Source: Eledone cirrhosa (lineage: Eukaryota). From it: a stretch of 64,000 nucleotides of DNA. Both the position numbers and the translations under genes were made by a program. Of the stretch, positions 41,701 through 52,641 are shown piece after piece; within the stretch, counting starts at the first letter, position 1; every line of letters begins with the position of its first letter. The notes beneath the pieces were generated by a model that searched no databases, was not told where the DNA came from, and saw nothing but the letters and a program-made list of their open reading frames with translations. The stretch lies in contig OZ024740.1 in the NCBI GenBank assembly GCA_964016885.1, forward strand, positions 112,778,001 to 112,842,000. The letters run 5' to 3'.

Positions 41701-42161
41701 AGGTTCTTGAGACTTTTGCACCCCCCGCTCCTATCGGATACTCTCACACAGTCCCAGCGTGCGTCTAAGATGCCGTTCCAGTCCCCCGCTAACAGTAAAG
41801 GGCGAGACGTACCCAGAAAGGCTTCCAGGCCTCTAAAGAAGTCCGGCCGTCCTGCCCCAGTAGGAGCATAGACGGCCACCAGGCACCACCTTCATTATTG
41901 TTCACGTCCAGGACCACAAACTTCCCGTCCAGGTCCCGGAAGATCGACCTTACCTCGAGATCCAGGCCTTTCCTAAACAGCACTGCCACCCCGCCTCCCA
42001 TTCCCGGCTGGCTAACAGATGCAAATATCTGATAGTCGTCGAAAATCGCTGACTGCAATTACATCCATTTCTATAGACCTGAGGTCGTTGAGCAGGTGAC
42101 CCTGCTTCCAGGACGACCCCAGGCCTCGAACATTTAAACATCCTACTCTTAATACGGCCAT
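38783..42161 (-). pseudogene. Tx1 ORF2 (EN-RT), frameshifted
   Basis: Fragments closely similar to 44641-48060 (GDWN, KSPGLDG, QSKAFDRV, YADD). Confidence 0.92.
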
Positions 42162-42192
42162 GTTGGCAGGTTAAACACAGAGAGAGGAAGGT

Positions 42193-44159
42193 TTACTTCC
42201 CTTCCGGGCTCTTGTGAAGGTCGGGTTGTTCGACCTCCATAGTTAGTGGGGTTTCTTTTGGGAACCCCTTTAAAAGTCTTGAAGTGGGTGTTACGTTCGG
42301 GGTTCCCACGTCCCGAGGAAAGCTGTCTCGTATTTCTTTGAATATGTCGAGCCACATTCGCACCAGAACCAAATCTTCCGGCACGCGAAATGTGCCCTAT
42401 TTAAACATTTCCCCCTCTTTTTGTATATTTTCACTTCGTGCTACGAGGGCCATCAGTTCCTTGTCGGCCCTCCTGACGAGCACGAAGTTTTGTATATTTT
42501 GTTGGTGTGATTTTATTTGTTTGCGTGGCTGTGGTGTTGATGGTTTTGGTGGTGTTGTTTCGGTTGTATCTGTGTTTGTTGTGAGTGCGATGTCTGTGGT
42601 TTCAGATGTTTGTGTGTATATTTGTTCTTGCGTCTGTTTCGGTTGTTTTCGTTTGGGGGATTCTGGTGATGGTGGTGGTGGTGTTGATGTTGGTGTTATT
42701 GGAGAGATGTTTGCGTGGGTGGTGTCTGCGTTTTTTTATTGTGGGCGCTTTTGTGCTTTGTTGAGCTTTTTTTTTTCTTTTTGTGTTTCCTTTTTTTGTA
42801 TTTTGGGGGATTTTGGATTTCCCTCATCTTCACTACTGGTAGATGAAAGGATCTGTGTCTGTAAGTGTGTTTGTATGTATGTTTAAGGTTTTATTGGTGT
42901 GTGTAATTTTGGGAGGAGGGGGAATTTGACAGCTTTCCTCGTTTCCCCCCTGGGTGGTCAATGTTGGTGGTGTTTTTTCTATTGGTGTTGTTGTTGGTGG
43001 TTTTACCGGTGCAGGTGTTGGTTGTGATATTCGCCTCGGCGTCGGCAGCAGTGGAGCCTTTTGACCCCTTGCCTCTTTCAGCAGTTGAGGGCAGAAGGCC
43101 CGCAAATGGGTTTTTCCCCCCACAAACAAAACACTGCGGCCTTTTGCCTTCGGTCATAATGTGAATGACCGTCCCATTCTGAAGTCGGATATGGTCTGGG
43201 ATTGTCTTCACATTCTCGGGCCTGATCTGGAGAAGGATCTCCAGGTCAACCCCGGACCAGTCCTCTCTGGCTGTTCTGGTCACTTCTATAGGGACTGTAT
43301 CCGTCCCCTCCACAATCACACATCCCAGAAGCCACCACATGTCAAGTCCTGGTGGGATTCAGGGAATGCGGAGACGGGCCGTTCTTTTTCCCATGTGGGA
43401 GGAGTACATTATGACCTTGCTGGTTTTGCAAGGAGTCATGGCGTGTTTCATCGCGAGGGCTTCTGACTTGAACAACACCGAAATGGTGCCGTACTGTCTG
43501 CCCCTCTCTATGTACTGGGTGTCTTCTCTGATGCACCTCAGCGCGACTTCGATATCTTCTTGTTGGATTAAAGCTTCCCTTTTGGTCTGTGCTGAGATGC
43601 ATCTATAATGCACCGTTTGCGCTCCACTGCCTCAATAGCTTCTACCGGGACAGTTAAGTTGGCCCAAGTTTGCTCTAGCTTGATGAGCTTCCATGCCTGG
43701 GCCAACTTTTCATCTTTGTTTGAGAGGTCCATGTTGAAGCATGGCCTCTTTTTTGCTGCTGCCGCAGCGAAAGTGGTCTTGTTTTCGTTGGGGGTGTTGT
43801 TGACGTTGTTCTTGTTGGTGTTGTTGTTAAGCACTGTCGCTGTTATCATTGTTGTCTTTGCTGCCACCGTTGTTCTCGGTGCAGTTGGTGTTGTCGCTAT
43901 TTGTTTTCATGTTAGTGGTGTTGATATTGTTGTTGTATTTGTTATTTTTTTTTTTGTTATCTGTATTTTCGTTGTCGCTGTTACTGTCATTTTTTTTCAA
44001 ATTAGAGTTCTTATTGGTATCATTGGTGTCTTTGTTTACCTTGTTTGTGGTGGTGTTTGTGTTATCAATGTGTGTTAATTTCGCTGTAGCGCTCTGCTCA
44101 ACTTCTACGTCGTTGTCGCACGACAGCCGACATATTGCTGGGGGGCGTGGCTCAGCCAT
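42193..44159 (-). pseudogene. Tx1 ORF1, disrupted
   Basis: MAEPRP start, EGKRPQCFVCG knuckle, ends PEGK*. Confidence 0.85.
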
Positions 44160-44640
44160 GTTTTTTTTCTTCGTAAATTTTTTACCATGTAAAAAAAGTT
44201 CAAATATTTGGGCCAAAAGGCCCAAATATTATTATTTCCCCTTCACGGGGCAAAGTCTAAGGGCTTATATCCCTTATACAACAAGAAATATTTAACAACA
44301 AATAATTTAAACAGGCAAATAAAGCGACTTACTGTGAGCGAGCAAAATACGTCCGCTTAGACCAATAATAATAATAATAATAATAATGATTTCATTTATT
44401 GGCCACAAGGGCCGACATATAGGGGACAACACAATAGACAGGGACAGTGGGGGTTTACATAGAGATCGAGTAAGTATAAATAACAAAAAAACAAAATAAC
44501 AATAAAAATACAACAATGAAAGTTCCCCAATAAGAGGGATCACCACCCAGGGTTGACTCAAGCACCCCACCAGTCCTGAGCCACCCGACGCTCCTAGGGC
44601 ACCCGGGAAGGGCACCCCTCTCCTTCTCGAATTCACCAGC

Positions 44641-47600
44641 CTACAGGCGCATGATCAGAGTAGGCCCACTCACGCGGGCCATTCTCGCCACATTCACCCA
44701 CCTTTCAGTAAATGTACTGGGGGGCAGCACTTCTCTCTCCACCCTCACCTTCCTTTCCAAGTGAAACTTGAAGAAGTTGATGAGGGATTGGCCGAAGAGA
44801 AAAGTGTCTGTCTTCAGTCCTTTCAACCTGGTCCACCATGCAACCTCTTTCGCTACTGCCACCAGGCAGAGGAAAATTGCCTGCCCTTCCTGACCAAAAG
44901 AAGGCGGCGGGTCAATCTTCACTATGGACTCGGACGATAGCCGGATCCGTTCTACACGCGACAATAGCTGTTCGACATAACCCCACAAGTCAGCAATGCA
45001 CGGACACTGGACGAGTGCGTGCAGAACGGTTTCGTCGCTCTGCGCGCATCTCGGGCAGGTTCGTCTGACAGCACTTCCGTGCCTGTAGAGTTTATCCCGA
45101 ACCGGCAGCGCCCCCCGGTAGCACTGCCAAGCGAGGGATTTCTGGAAGTTATCCATCGTCCCCGGCTCGAAAGTCCTCCGGAACATACTGGTAGGTTCTA
45201 CTTCGTTGACGCCCAGAGCCTCTCCTAGTACGTCATCGCACTTGCCCTCCACTAATCCTCTATAGAAATCTTGAGTGGAAGTTCCACTGACCGCATTGCC
45301 CACCTTGCAGAGTGCAGTGAGCGCCTGGCAACATTCCAGATGCCAGTCGCCCAGTCTCGGTCTCTTCTTGACCCAGGACTGCAGCTCAGTCAAAGAGATG
45401 AGCTGCGGAAAGGCCCGTCTAACAAACGGCGACCACACCTGTTCACCGTTTAGGCAAAATATCTGGAGATGTCGCAGCCTCAGCGCATGTCTGCGCATCA
45501 TTAGCCACGGCATGCCCAGCCCTCCACGAAGAGGGTGCTGGCAGCAGATGGCCCGCCTCACCAACGGGACCCGTCCCCTCCACAAAAATTTGAAAAGGAG
45601 CCGTTCCAAATTGGCGAGGCGTGGACGGGGGCAAGGCACGACGGTCAGGCGGTAGTAGATGACGGACGCGATGTACGCGTTCGCCACCTCCGCCCGCCCT
45701 TTCAGTGATAGCTTTCTCTCAGCCCATTTCTGGGTGAGGTTGGCTATCCTGCTCGTCACCTCGTCCCAATTCTTATCCACCTGGAGGTCTGGTCCGAACC
45801 AAACCCCGAGCAACTTTACCGGTCCGTCTGTCCAGCGCCCAACGACGCTGTTGGACGGCATGGACTTGCCTCTCCAGGTGCCGAGCTGCAAGCCCACCGA
45901 CTTTTCCGGGTTAAGTTTTGCTCCCGTCAACCTTTCATATTCCTCCAAATGGGTGCGGATCACCTCGATTTCCGAGGTGTCCGACACCATCACGGTGATG
46001 TCGTCCGCATAAGCGGACGCAGCCTTTCTACGTCCCGGTTCGAGCGGGATGCCCTGCAACAACTCCAGCTTCCGCAGTAGAGGCTCAAGAGTCAATACGT
46101 ACAGAAGTGAGGAGAGAGGGCACCCTTGACGGACCGATCGAGAGATCTGAAACGGTTCCGAGAGGTGGCCATTAACTTTGACCACCGAGCGGATGCCGCT
46201 GTACATTGCAGCGATCCAGCTTCTGAAGACGGGGCCGAAGCCAGCCGCCTCGAGGACAGCCTCCAAGTACCGATGGTCGACCCTATCGAATGCTTTCGAT
46301 TGATCTAAATTGATCAGAGCCCCACCGAAGCCAGGTTTGCACCCAACCCTCTCTATGATGTATCGCATGAGGTGGAGGTTGTCGTGTATGGACCTGGTCG
46401 GGATTGCGCAAGTTTGCGCCTCCCCAACCAAATCTTTGACGACAAGCGCCAACCTTTTCGCTAACACCTTGGCCAAAATCTTAAACTCTGTGTTGAGCAG
46501 GGTTATGGGCCTGAAATTATCTAGTGTGTCCCTCTTGTTCTCGTCTTTCCTTATCAGCGTCACTACGCCACGGCTCACAGAACTGGGAATGCTCCCGTTC
46601 TGCTGCCAGTTGCAGTAGAGCGCTTCGAGGAGATCGGAGAACAAGTCTGGCATATTTACGTAAAGCTCGTAGGGCAGACCATCCAAACCGGGTGACTTGC
46701 GACTCGAGCAGCCGACAAGGGCGTCCTGAATTTCGGCTGATGTTATCGGCTCTTCGCAGCGCTCAGCGTCGGCCGTCGAGAGGCGTGGCAAGCCGTCGAG
46801 GTAGGGACTGAAGTCCGCCGCCGTCTCCGACTCACCCATCCTCCCGAACAATCGAGCAAAGTGCTGGCGAAAGGCCTCACACATCCGCTTGGAATCGCTC
46901 AGTTCGTGTCCATCTCGATCCGTCAAAGACCGAATTGTGGTTTTATTTCCACGCTGCGTCTCTGCAAAGCGAGCCCATCGGGCAGCTTTGGTTCCCTCGT
47001 TCCTCAGAGCACGCGCCTTAGCTCTGACAATGCAACCTTCGTGTTTCGCATTGAAGAAATGGTCTAGTGCCATTCTCGCCGCTAGCACGTCTGTTGCAAT
47101 GCCACTACAAATAGCCTCGTCTAACTTAGCTATCAGCCCCTCCTCCTTTCTATTTTTCTCTATTGCTACTTCTTTGCTAAATCCTATCGAGGTTGCTCTA
47201 ATCTCTCTTTTGAGTGCCCCCCACCACCTGTTGTTGACAACCCCCCCTGTCAACTTTTGCTTAACTAAGTTGTTGACCCGGTCCCTGTAAACTTTACGTG
47301 CCGGAAACGACATGTTTAGCTTCCAGTAGCTAGGTCCTAACCTACGTGTCTTATCTAGGTCGACCATACAGATCACAAGCTTGTGATCTGAATAGGCAAC
47401 CGTTTTAAAATGTGGACATCCTACACTATTTCTATCTCTTTTCCTAATGAAAATCCTATCTATGTACGATCTAGATGACCCTATGCGATTGGTCCAGGTC
47501 CATACTGGCGCATTAGGGAAATCTAGTCGGTACCTGTCAGACAGTTGAAACTGGCTGATCAGGTACTTGAGGCTTTTGCACCCCCCGCTCCTATCAGATA

Positions 47601-48060
47601 CTCCCACACAATCCCAGCGTGCTTCTAAGATGCCATTCCAATCCCCTATTAACAGTAAAGGGCGAGACGTAAGCAGAAAGTTTTCCAGGCGCCTAAAGAA
47701 GTCCGGCCGACCGGCCCCAGTAGGGGCGTAGACGGCCACCAGTCTAAAGGCACCACCTTCGCTATTGCTCACGTCCAGGACCACCAACTTTCCGTCAGGA
47801 TCCCGGAAGATTGACCTTACCTCGAGATCCAGACATTTCCTAAACAGCACAGCCACTCCACCTCCCATTCCCGGCCGACTAACAGATGCAAAGATCTGAT
47901 AATCGTCGAAAATCGGCGCCAGTGCGCGTGTGTCGGAAATTCTGGTCTCGCTGATGGCAATTACATCCATTCCTAGTGACCTGAGGTCGTTGAGCAAGTG
48001 ACCTTGCTTCCAGGGCGACCCCAGGCCACGAACATTTAAACTTCCTACTCTTATGGCCAT
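44641..48060 (-). CDS. LINE ORF2: APE endonuclease, reverse transcriptase and C-terminal CCHC (1139 aa)
   Basis: SLNVRGL, SET, VYAP, GDWN, SYIDRIF, SDH; FRPITLLN, DQSKAFDRV, RQGCPLS, YADD, LGV; CPRC..ETVLHALVQC. Confidence 0.97.
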   Translation of the reverse strand: MAIRVGSLNVRGLGSPWKQGHLLNDLRSLGMDVIAISETRISDTRALAPIFDDYQIFASVSRPGMGGGVAVLFRKCLDLEVRSIFRDPDGKLVVLDVSNSEGGAFRLVAVYAPTGAGRPDFFRRLENFLLTSRPLLLIGDWNGILEARWDCVGVSDRSGGCKSLKYLISQFQLSDRYRLDFPNAPVWTWTNRIGSSRSYIDRIFIRKRDRNSVGCPHFKTVAYSDHKLVICMVDLDKTRRLGPSYWKLNMSFPARKVYRDRVNNLVKQKLTGGVVNNRWWGALKREIRATSIGFSKEVAIEKNRKEEGLIAKLDEAICSGIATDVLAARMALDHFFNAKHEGCIVRAKARALRNEGTKAARWARFAETQRGNKTTIRSLTDRDGHELSDSKRMCEAFRQHFARLFGRMGESETAADFSPYLDGLPRLSTADAERCEEPITSAEIQDALVGCSSRKSPGLDGLPYELYVNMPDLFSDLLEALYCNWQQNGSIPSSVSRGVVTLIRKDENKRDTLDNFRPITLLNTEFKILAKVLAKRLALVVKDLVGEAQTCAIPTRSIHDNLHLMRYIIERVGCKPGFGGALINLDQSKAFDRVDHRYLEAVLEAAGFGPVFRSWIAAMYSGIRSVVKVNGHLSEPFQISRSVRQGCPLSSLLYVLTLEPLLRKLELLQGIPLEPGRRKAASAYADDITVMVSDTSEIEVIRTHLEEYERLTGAKLNPEKSVGLQLGTWRGKSMPSNSVVGRWTDGPVKLLGVWFGPDLQVDKNWDEVTSRIANLTQKWAERKLSLKGRAEVANAYIASVIYYRLTVVPCPRPRLANLERLLFKFLWRGRVPLVRRAICCQHPLRGGLGMPWLMMRRHALRLRHLQIFCLNGEQVWSPFVRRAFPQLISLTELQSWVKKRPRLGDWHLECCQALTALCKVGNAVSGTSTQDFYRGLVEGKCDDVLGEALGVNEVEPTSMFRRTFEPGTMDNFQKSLAWQCYRGALPVRDKLYRHGSAVRRTCPRCAQSDETVLHALVQCPCIADLWGYVEQLLSRVERIRLSSESIVKIDPPPSFGQEGQAIFLCLVAVAKEVAWWTRLKGLKTDTFLFGQSLINFFKFHLERKVRVEREVLPPSTFTERWVNVARMARVSGPTLIMRL

Positions 48061-48089
48061 GCTGGCAGGATGAATGGGAGAGGAAAGGT

Positions 48090-49993
48090 TTACTTACCTT
48101 CCGGGGTCTTGTGAAGGTCGGGTGGTTCGACCTCCATGGTTTGTGGGGTTTCTTTTGGGAACCCCTTTAATAGTCTTGACGTGGGTTTTACGTTCGGGGT
48201 TCCCACATCCCGAGGAAAGCTCTTTCGAATTTCTTTGTATGAAGCGAGCGACATTCGCATCAGAAGCAAATTATCTGGTACGCGAAATGTGCTCGCTTCA
48301 AATGTTTCCCCGTCTTTTTCGATGTTTGTGCTTCGTGCTACATGGGCCATCAATTCCTTGTTGGCCCTTCTGGCAAGCACGAAGTTTTTAATGTTTTGTT
48401 GCTCGGGTTTTATTTGTTCGTGTGATTGTGGTGGTGATAGCTTTGTTAGTGTTGTTTCTATTGTGTCTGCGTTTGTTGTGGGTGGGGTGTCTGTAGTTTC
48501 TGATGTTTGTGTGTCTATTTGTTCTTGTGTCTGTTTAGCTTGTTTGCGTTTGGGGGATTTTGGTGGTTGTGTTGGTGATGCTGTGGGGAAAATGTTTGTG
48601 TGGGTGGTGTGTGTATTTTTTTTGTGGGGGTGTTTGTGCTTTGTGGATTTCTTTTTTTTTTGTGTTTTGTTTTTTGTATTTTGGGGGACTTTGGTTTTCC
48701 CTCATCTTCACTGCTGGAGGATGAGGGGTCTGTGGCTGTGAGCGTGTTTGTGTCTGAGTGAGTGTTTATGTTCTTGTTCGTGTGTGTATTTTGGGGGGGA
48801 GGGGGAATGGGAGAGCTTTCCTCGTTTCCCCCCTGGGTGTGCGATTTTGGTGGTTCCATTGTTGACGGTGTTGCTGGTGGTCCTTGTCCCGGCGTCGCCA
48901 GCAGTGGAATCTTTCGACCCCTTGCGCTTTTCGGCAGTTGAGGGCAGAAGGCTCGCAAGTGTGTCGTTTCCCCACAAAGGAAACAATGCGGCCTTTTGCC
49001 CTCAGTCATTATATGCAACACCCTCCCGTTTTGGAGGCGGATGTGGTCCGGGATCGTTTTTACGTTTTCGGGTCTGATTTGGAGCAGTATCTCCAGATCA
49101 ACCCCGGACCAGTCGTCCCTGGCAGTTCTCGTTGCCTCTACCGGGACTGTATCCGTTCCTTCCACGATTACGCAACCCAGGAGCCACCACATATCAAGTC
49201 CTGGTGGAATCCTGGGAATGCGCACACGTGCTATTCGTTTTCCCATGTGGGAGGGGTACATTATGACCTTGCTGGTTTTGCAAGGGGTCATTGAATGCTT
49301 CACAGCGAGGGCTTCAGACTTGAACAGCACCGAAACGGTGCCGTATTGCCTGCCCCTCTCTATGAAGTCTGTGTCCTCTCTGATGTATTTCAGTGCGGCT
49401 TCTATGTCAGCTTGGGCGATTATCGCTGCCCTCTTTGTCTCTACTGAGATGCATCTGAAATGCACCGTTCTTTTTTCCACTGCCTCAATGGCTTCTGCCG
49501 GGACAGTTAAGTTTGCCCAGGTCTGCTCTTGATTTATGATTTTCCAGGCCTGGGCCAACTTTTCCTCTCTGTTGGTTAAGTCGATGCTGTAGCATGGTCT
49601 CCTTTTAGCCGCTGCCACAGCAGCGAAAGTGTTCTTGTTGGTGTTGTCACTGTTGTTGTTCTTGTTGGTGTTGCTGCTGCTATTGCTGTTGTTGTTCTCC
49701 CCTGTGTCGTGGTTACCTTCTGTGCTGTTGGCCTTGTTGGTGCTGCTGCTGTCGCTACTATTACTCTCTGTGCTGTTCGTTTTGTTGGTGCTCTCGCTAT
49801 TACCACCTTCTGCGCTGTTCGGCTTGTTGGTGTTGTCGCTGTTACCACCTTCCGCGCCGCTCGGCCCGTTGGTGCTGGCACTGTCGCTGCTCACATTCGT
49901 GCTGGTGGCGCTCCTCGCCTCACCTCTCCTCTCAACGCTCAAGTCGCCGTTGCACGACAGCAGACCCGCCTCTAGGGGGCGTGGCTCCGCCAT
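48090..49993 (-). CDS. LINE ORF1 (zinc knuckle, nucleic-acid binding); frame broken in A-homopolymers near 48615-48661
   Basis: CFLCGETTHLRAFCP. ORFs 48515-49993 and 48090-48380 join into about 633 aa if two A's are removed from the poly-A runs. Confidence 0.8.
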
Positions 49994-50282
49994 GTTTTTT
50001 TTGAGAAAAAAATTATGATTTTTCCAAAATAAAGTTCAAATATTTGGGCCAAAAGGCCCAAATATTATGAGTTATTCCTTCACAGGATACAAATTAATGT
50101 CTTATAATGCTTCAGCGGTACAAAAAATAAACAATTCTCTACAATTAATCCTCAAAAAATTGCTTACTCACGGAGCTTCAAAAAACGTACATCCACTTTC
50201 GTCAATAATAATAATAATAATAATATTTATACTTAATCTATATACAATTATAAATAAGAAAGGGTAATAGTTTGTATTACCC

Positions 50283-50331
<49 letters not shown>

Positions 50332-50349
50332 TCAGTATAGAACTAGTTA

Positions 50350-50524
50350 GACTATTACCCAACAGAGTACTCGATACTTGGGGTAGTAGTGTATAGTTAT
50401 ATTATAAAGAGTCGGGACCCCGACGGCTGAGGTCTTGTCGTTTCAACAACTAGTTACAGAGTCTAGAATTAGCTGTTGAAACGGCAAGAGCTCAGCCGTC
50501 AGGGTCCCGACTCTTTATAATATA
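50350..50524 (-). repeat. Hairpin element related to 10306-10506
   Basis: Palindrome 50398-50524. Shares ACCCCGAC.GCTGAG and GAATTAGC..GAAACGGC, and the tail CTAC.CAAGTAT.GAGTACT. Confidence 0.8.
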
Positions 50525-50917
50525 TATATATATCATTGTCATCAACATCCTACGCACGTTTTTCCATGTTTGGTAAAAACTATCTTACTGGGAAAGAGAA
50601 GTCAATACATTCGTAGAGTAAGTATTGTTATTGAAGGCATTAAAGGAACAATGTCTTACAGCTATAGAACAGATTTCTCTTAACAGAGAGCCTCTCATCA
50701 AGCGCTACCTTTACTAGAGACCATTCTGTTGAAAGCATTCGGGTCGGGTGTCTTTGTGTGTGGTCGCGTGCATGTGTATGTGTGTGTATGCGTTGGGTTG
50801 TATGTGTATATACAACGCATGATGGAGACGACAACTGACTGCAAAAGCGTCTGGATTTGCATTCCAACGTCTGGCTGCACCAGTAGCGGGATCACGATGA
50901 GGATGATGATGATGATG

Positions 50918-51015
<98 letters not shown>

Positions 51016-52011
51016 ATATGTATGTGTGTATGTGTGTGTGTATGTGTGTGTATGTATATGTATATATATATAAGTATATTCATATATATATGTATATATA
51101 TATGAATATATATATATGTATATACATAGAAGTGAAAGTCTAAATATGATAAGTGAACAGAATGTAGGTTAAATATTTAAAATAAGATAGACAGGTAGAT
51201 ATATACGTTTGTGTAGACAGATGATACACAGGCTGTTATCATCAGTTAAGTGAGTACATTGGGCCTTGTTAACGCTTTCTTCATAACAAACACTTCATAA
51301 GAACGCCATATTCATATTTATTATTTTATATCTTCACTGTTTCTTCTTTTCTTTTTTCCTTTTTCAAACAAAAGCTAATTACATCCGGCGCCATTGCTCC
51401 TCAGTTTTGGAGTAAAAAGCTAAGTGTGGTCATTATTGTATACTCTTGACTTCTTATCAACATCAATAAAGAGAGTTAATGTGTATGTTTGTTGGTGTCA
51501 ATGTGAAATCACTTGGTGGTCCTTCTATATATTTGACCTACCACGTTGATAATCTACTTTTACATAAATCAAACTATCAGAAGTCAGACAGACTATCGCT
51601 TCGTTCTACGATTGTATAGATTCGGATTATAAAGAACAGCATTAGTTAGCTAATCTACAACTAATTGTTGTAGGCGGCAAATTAATAGAAGAAACATTAG
51701 ATTATCGGATGAAATGCCACACGGTAGTAATTCCGGTTCTTTGCATTCTGTGTTCAAATCACACCAAGATCGACTTTGCCATCATCAACTTTGCTTTTAT
51801 TCCACCTCCATCTTGCTGAAGTCAACTATGATTTTATTACTTCTGGGGTCGATAAATAAAGTAAAATTTCAGAACGATGAAATGGCGGAAACGCTGGAGT
51901 TTTTGCAACTGAGTTTAAATGCTGCTATGCACTACTTGGACGGCAGTCCTTAATCCGCTCTCCTCTCTAACATCACTACCTGTATCAACCTTAATAAAAT
52001 ACATTTATCTA

Positions 52012-52044
<33 letters not shown>

Positions 52045-52516
52045 TAACTATAATAAAGAAAGAAGTGAGGGATGCATCCAGAATATATTTTTTTTATCCC
52101 GTTTGTAAAATAAGTTGGATTACTTTGATTAAATAATGAATGGATATTACATAATTTATCTACTAAATTTCGTAATTCTTGATTAAATATAAATAATTTT
52201 ATTACTTATTTTAAGATTCACTTCTTTAAAATTTTTAAATGTCAACACTTCCGGTTAGCGATTGCTTATAAAAACATCACATATTTCCGTCACTATTTTT
52301 TTTTCTAATGCAGTTTATATATAATATCGTCTTTTTTAAATGTATCATGGCTTACAGAAGAGAGTATAATGCAGACTTCGTTCAATTTCTGTGCATATTG
52401 TCAATTACGATTTCATTTGATGTATCATATCTACATGCATATATATTTGCGTATAATATCAATATACACACTACACATGTTAGCAGAAAAACCACCAGAA
52501 GAGTGGTTTTCTGCTA

Positions 52517-52641
<125 letters not shown>

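Larger units (their letters stand above)
38499..44363 (-). mobile_element. Tx1/L1-clade LINE (element B), full length, decayed, (ATT)n tail
   Basis: Colinear with element C along its length. The 5' end abuts the (ATT)n tail of C. Confidence 0.93.
44364..50203 (-). mobile_element. Tx1/L1-clade LINE (element C), full length, near intact, (ATT)n on both sides
   Basis: 5'UTR, ORF1, intact ORF2, and a 3'UTR ending GGCCAATAAATGAAATC(ATT)n. Confidence 0.96.

Noticed and set aside
48062-48097. 36-nt micro-intron fusing ORF1 to ORF2
   Set aside because: Removal does not put ORF2 in frame, and the AG is absent in A, B and D.
48600-48670. Programmed ribosomal frameshift in ORF1
   Set aside because: Element B keeps one frame across the homologous segment. 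Two single-base homopolymer indels explain element C.
44838-49975. Plus-strand and alternative-frame ORFs overlapping the LINE ORFs
   Set aside because: Antisense shadows of GC-rich coding sequence with no recognisable motifs.
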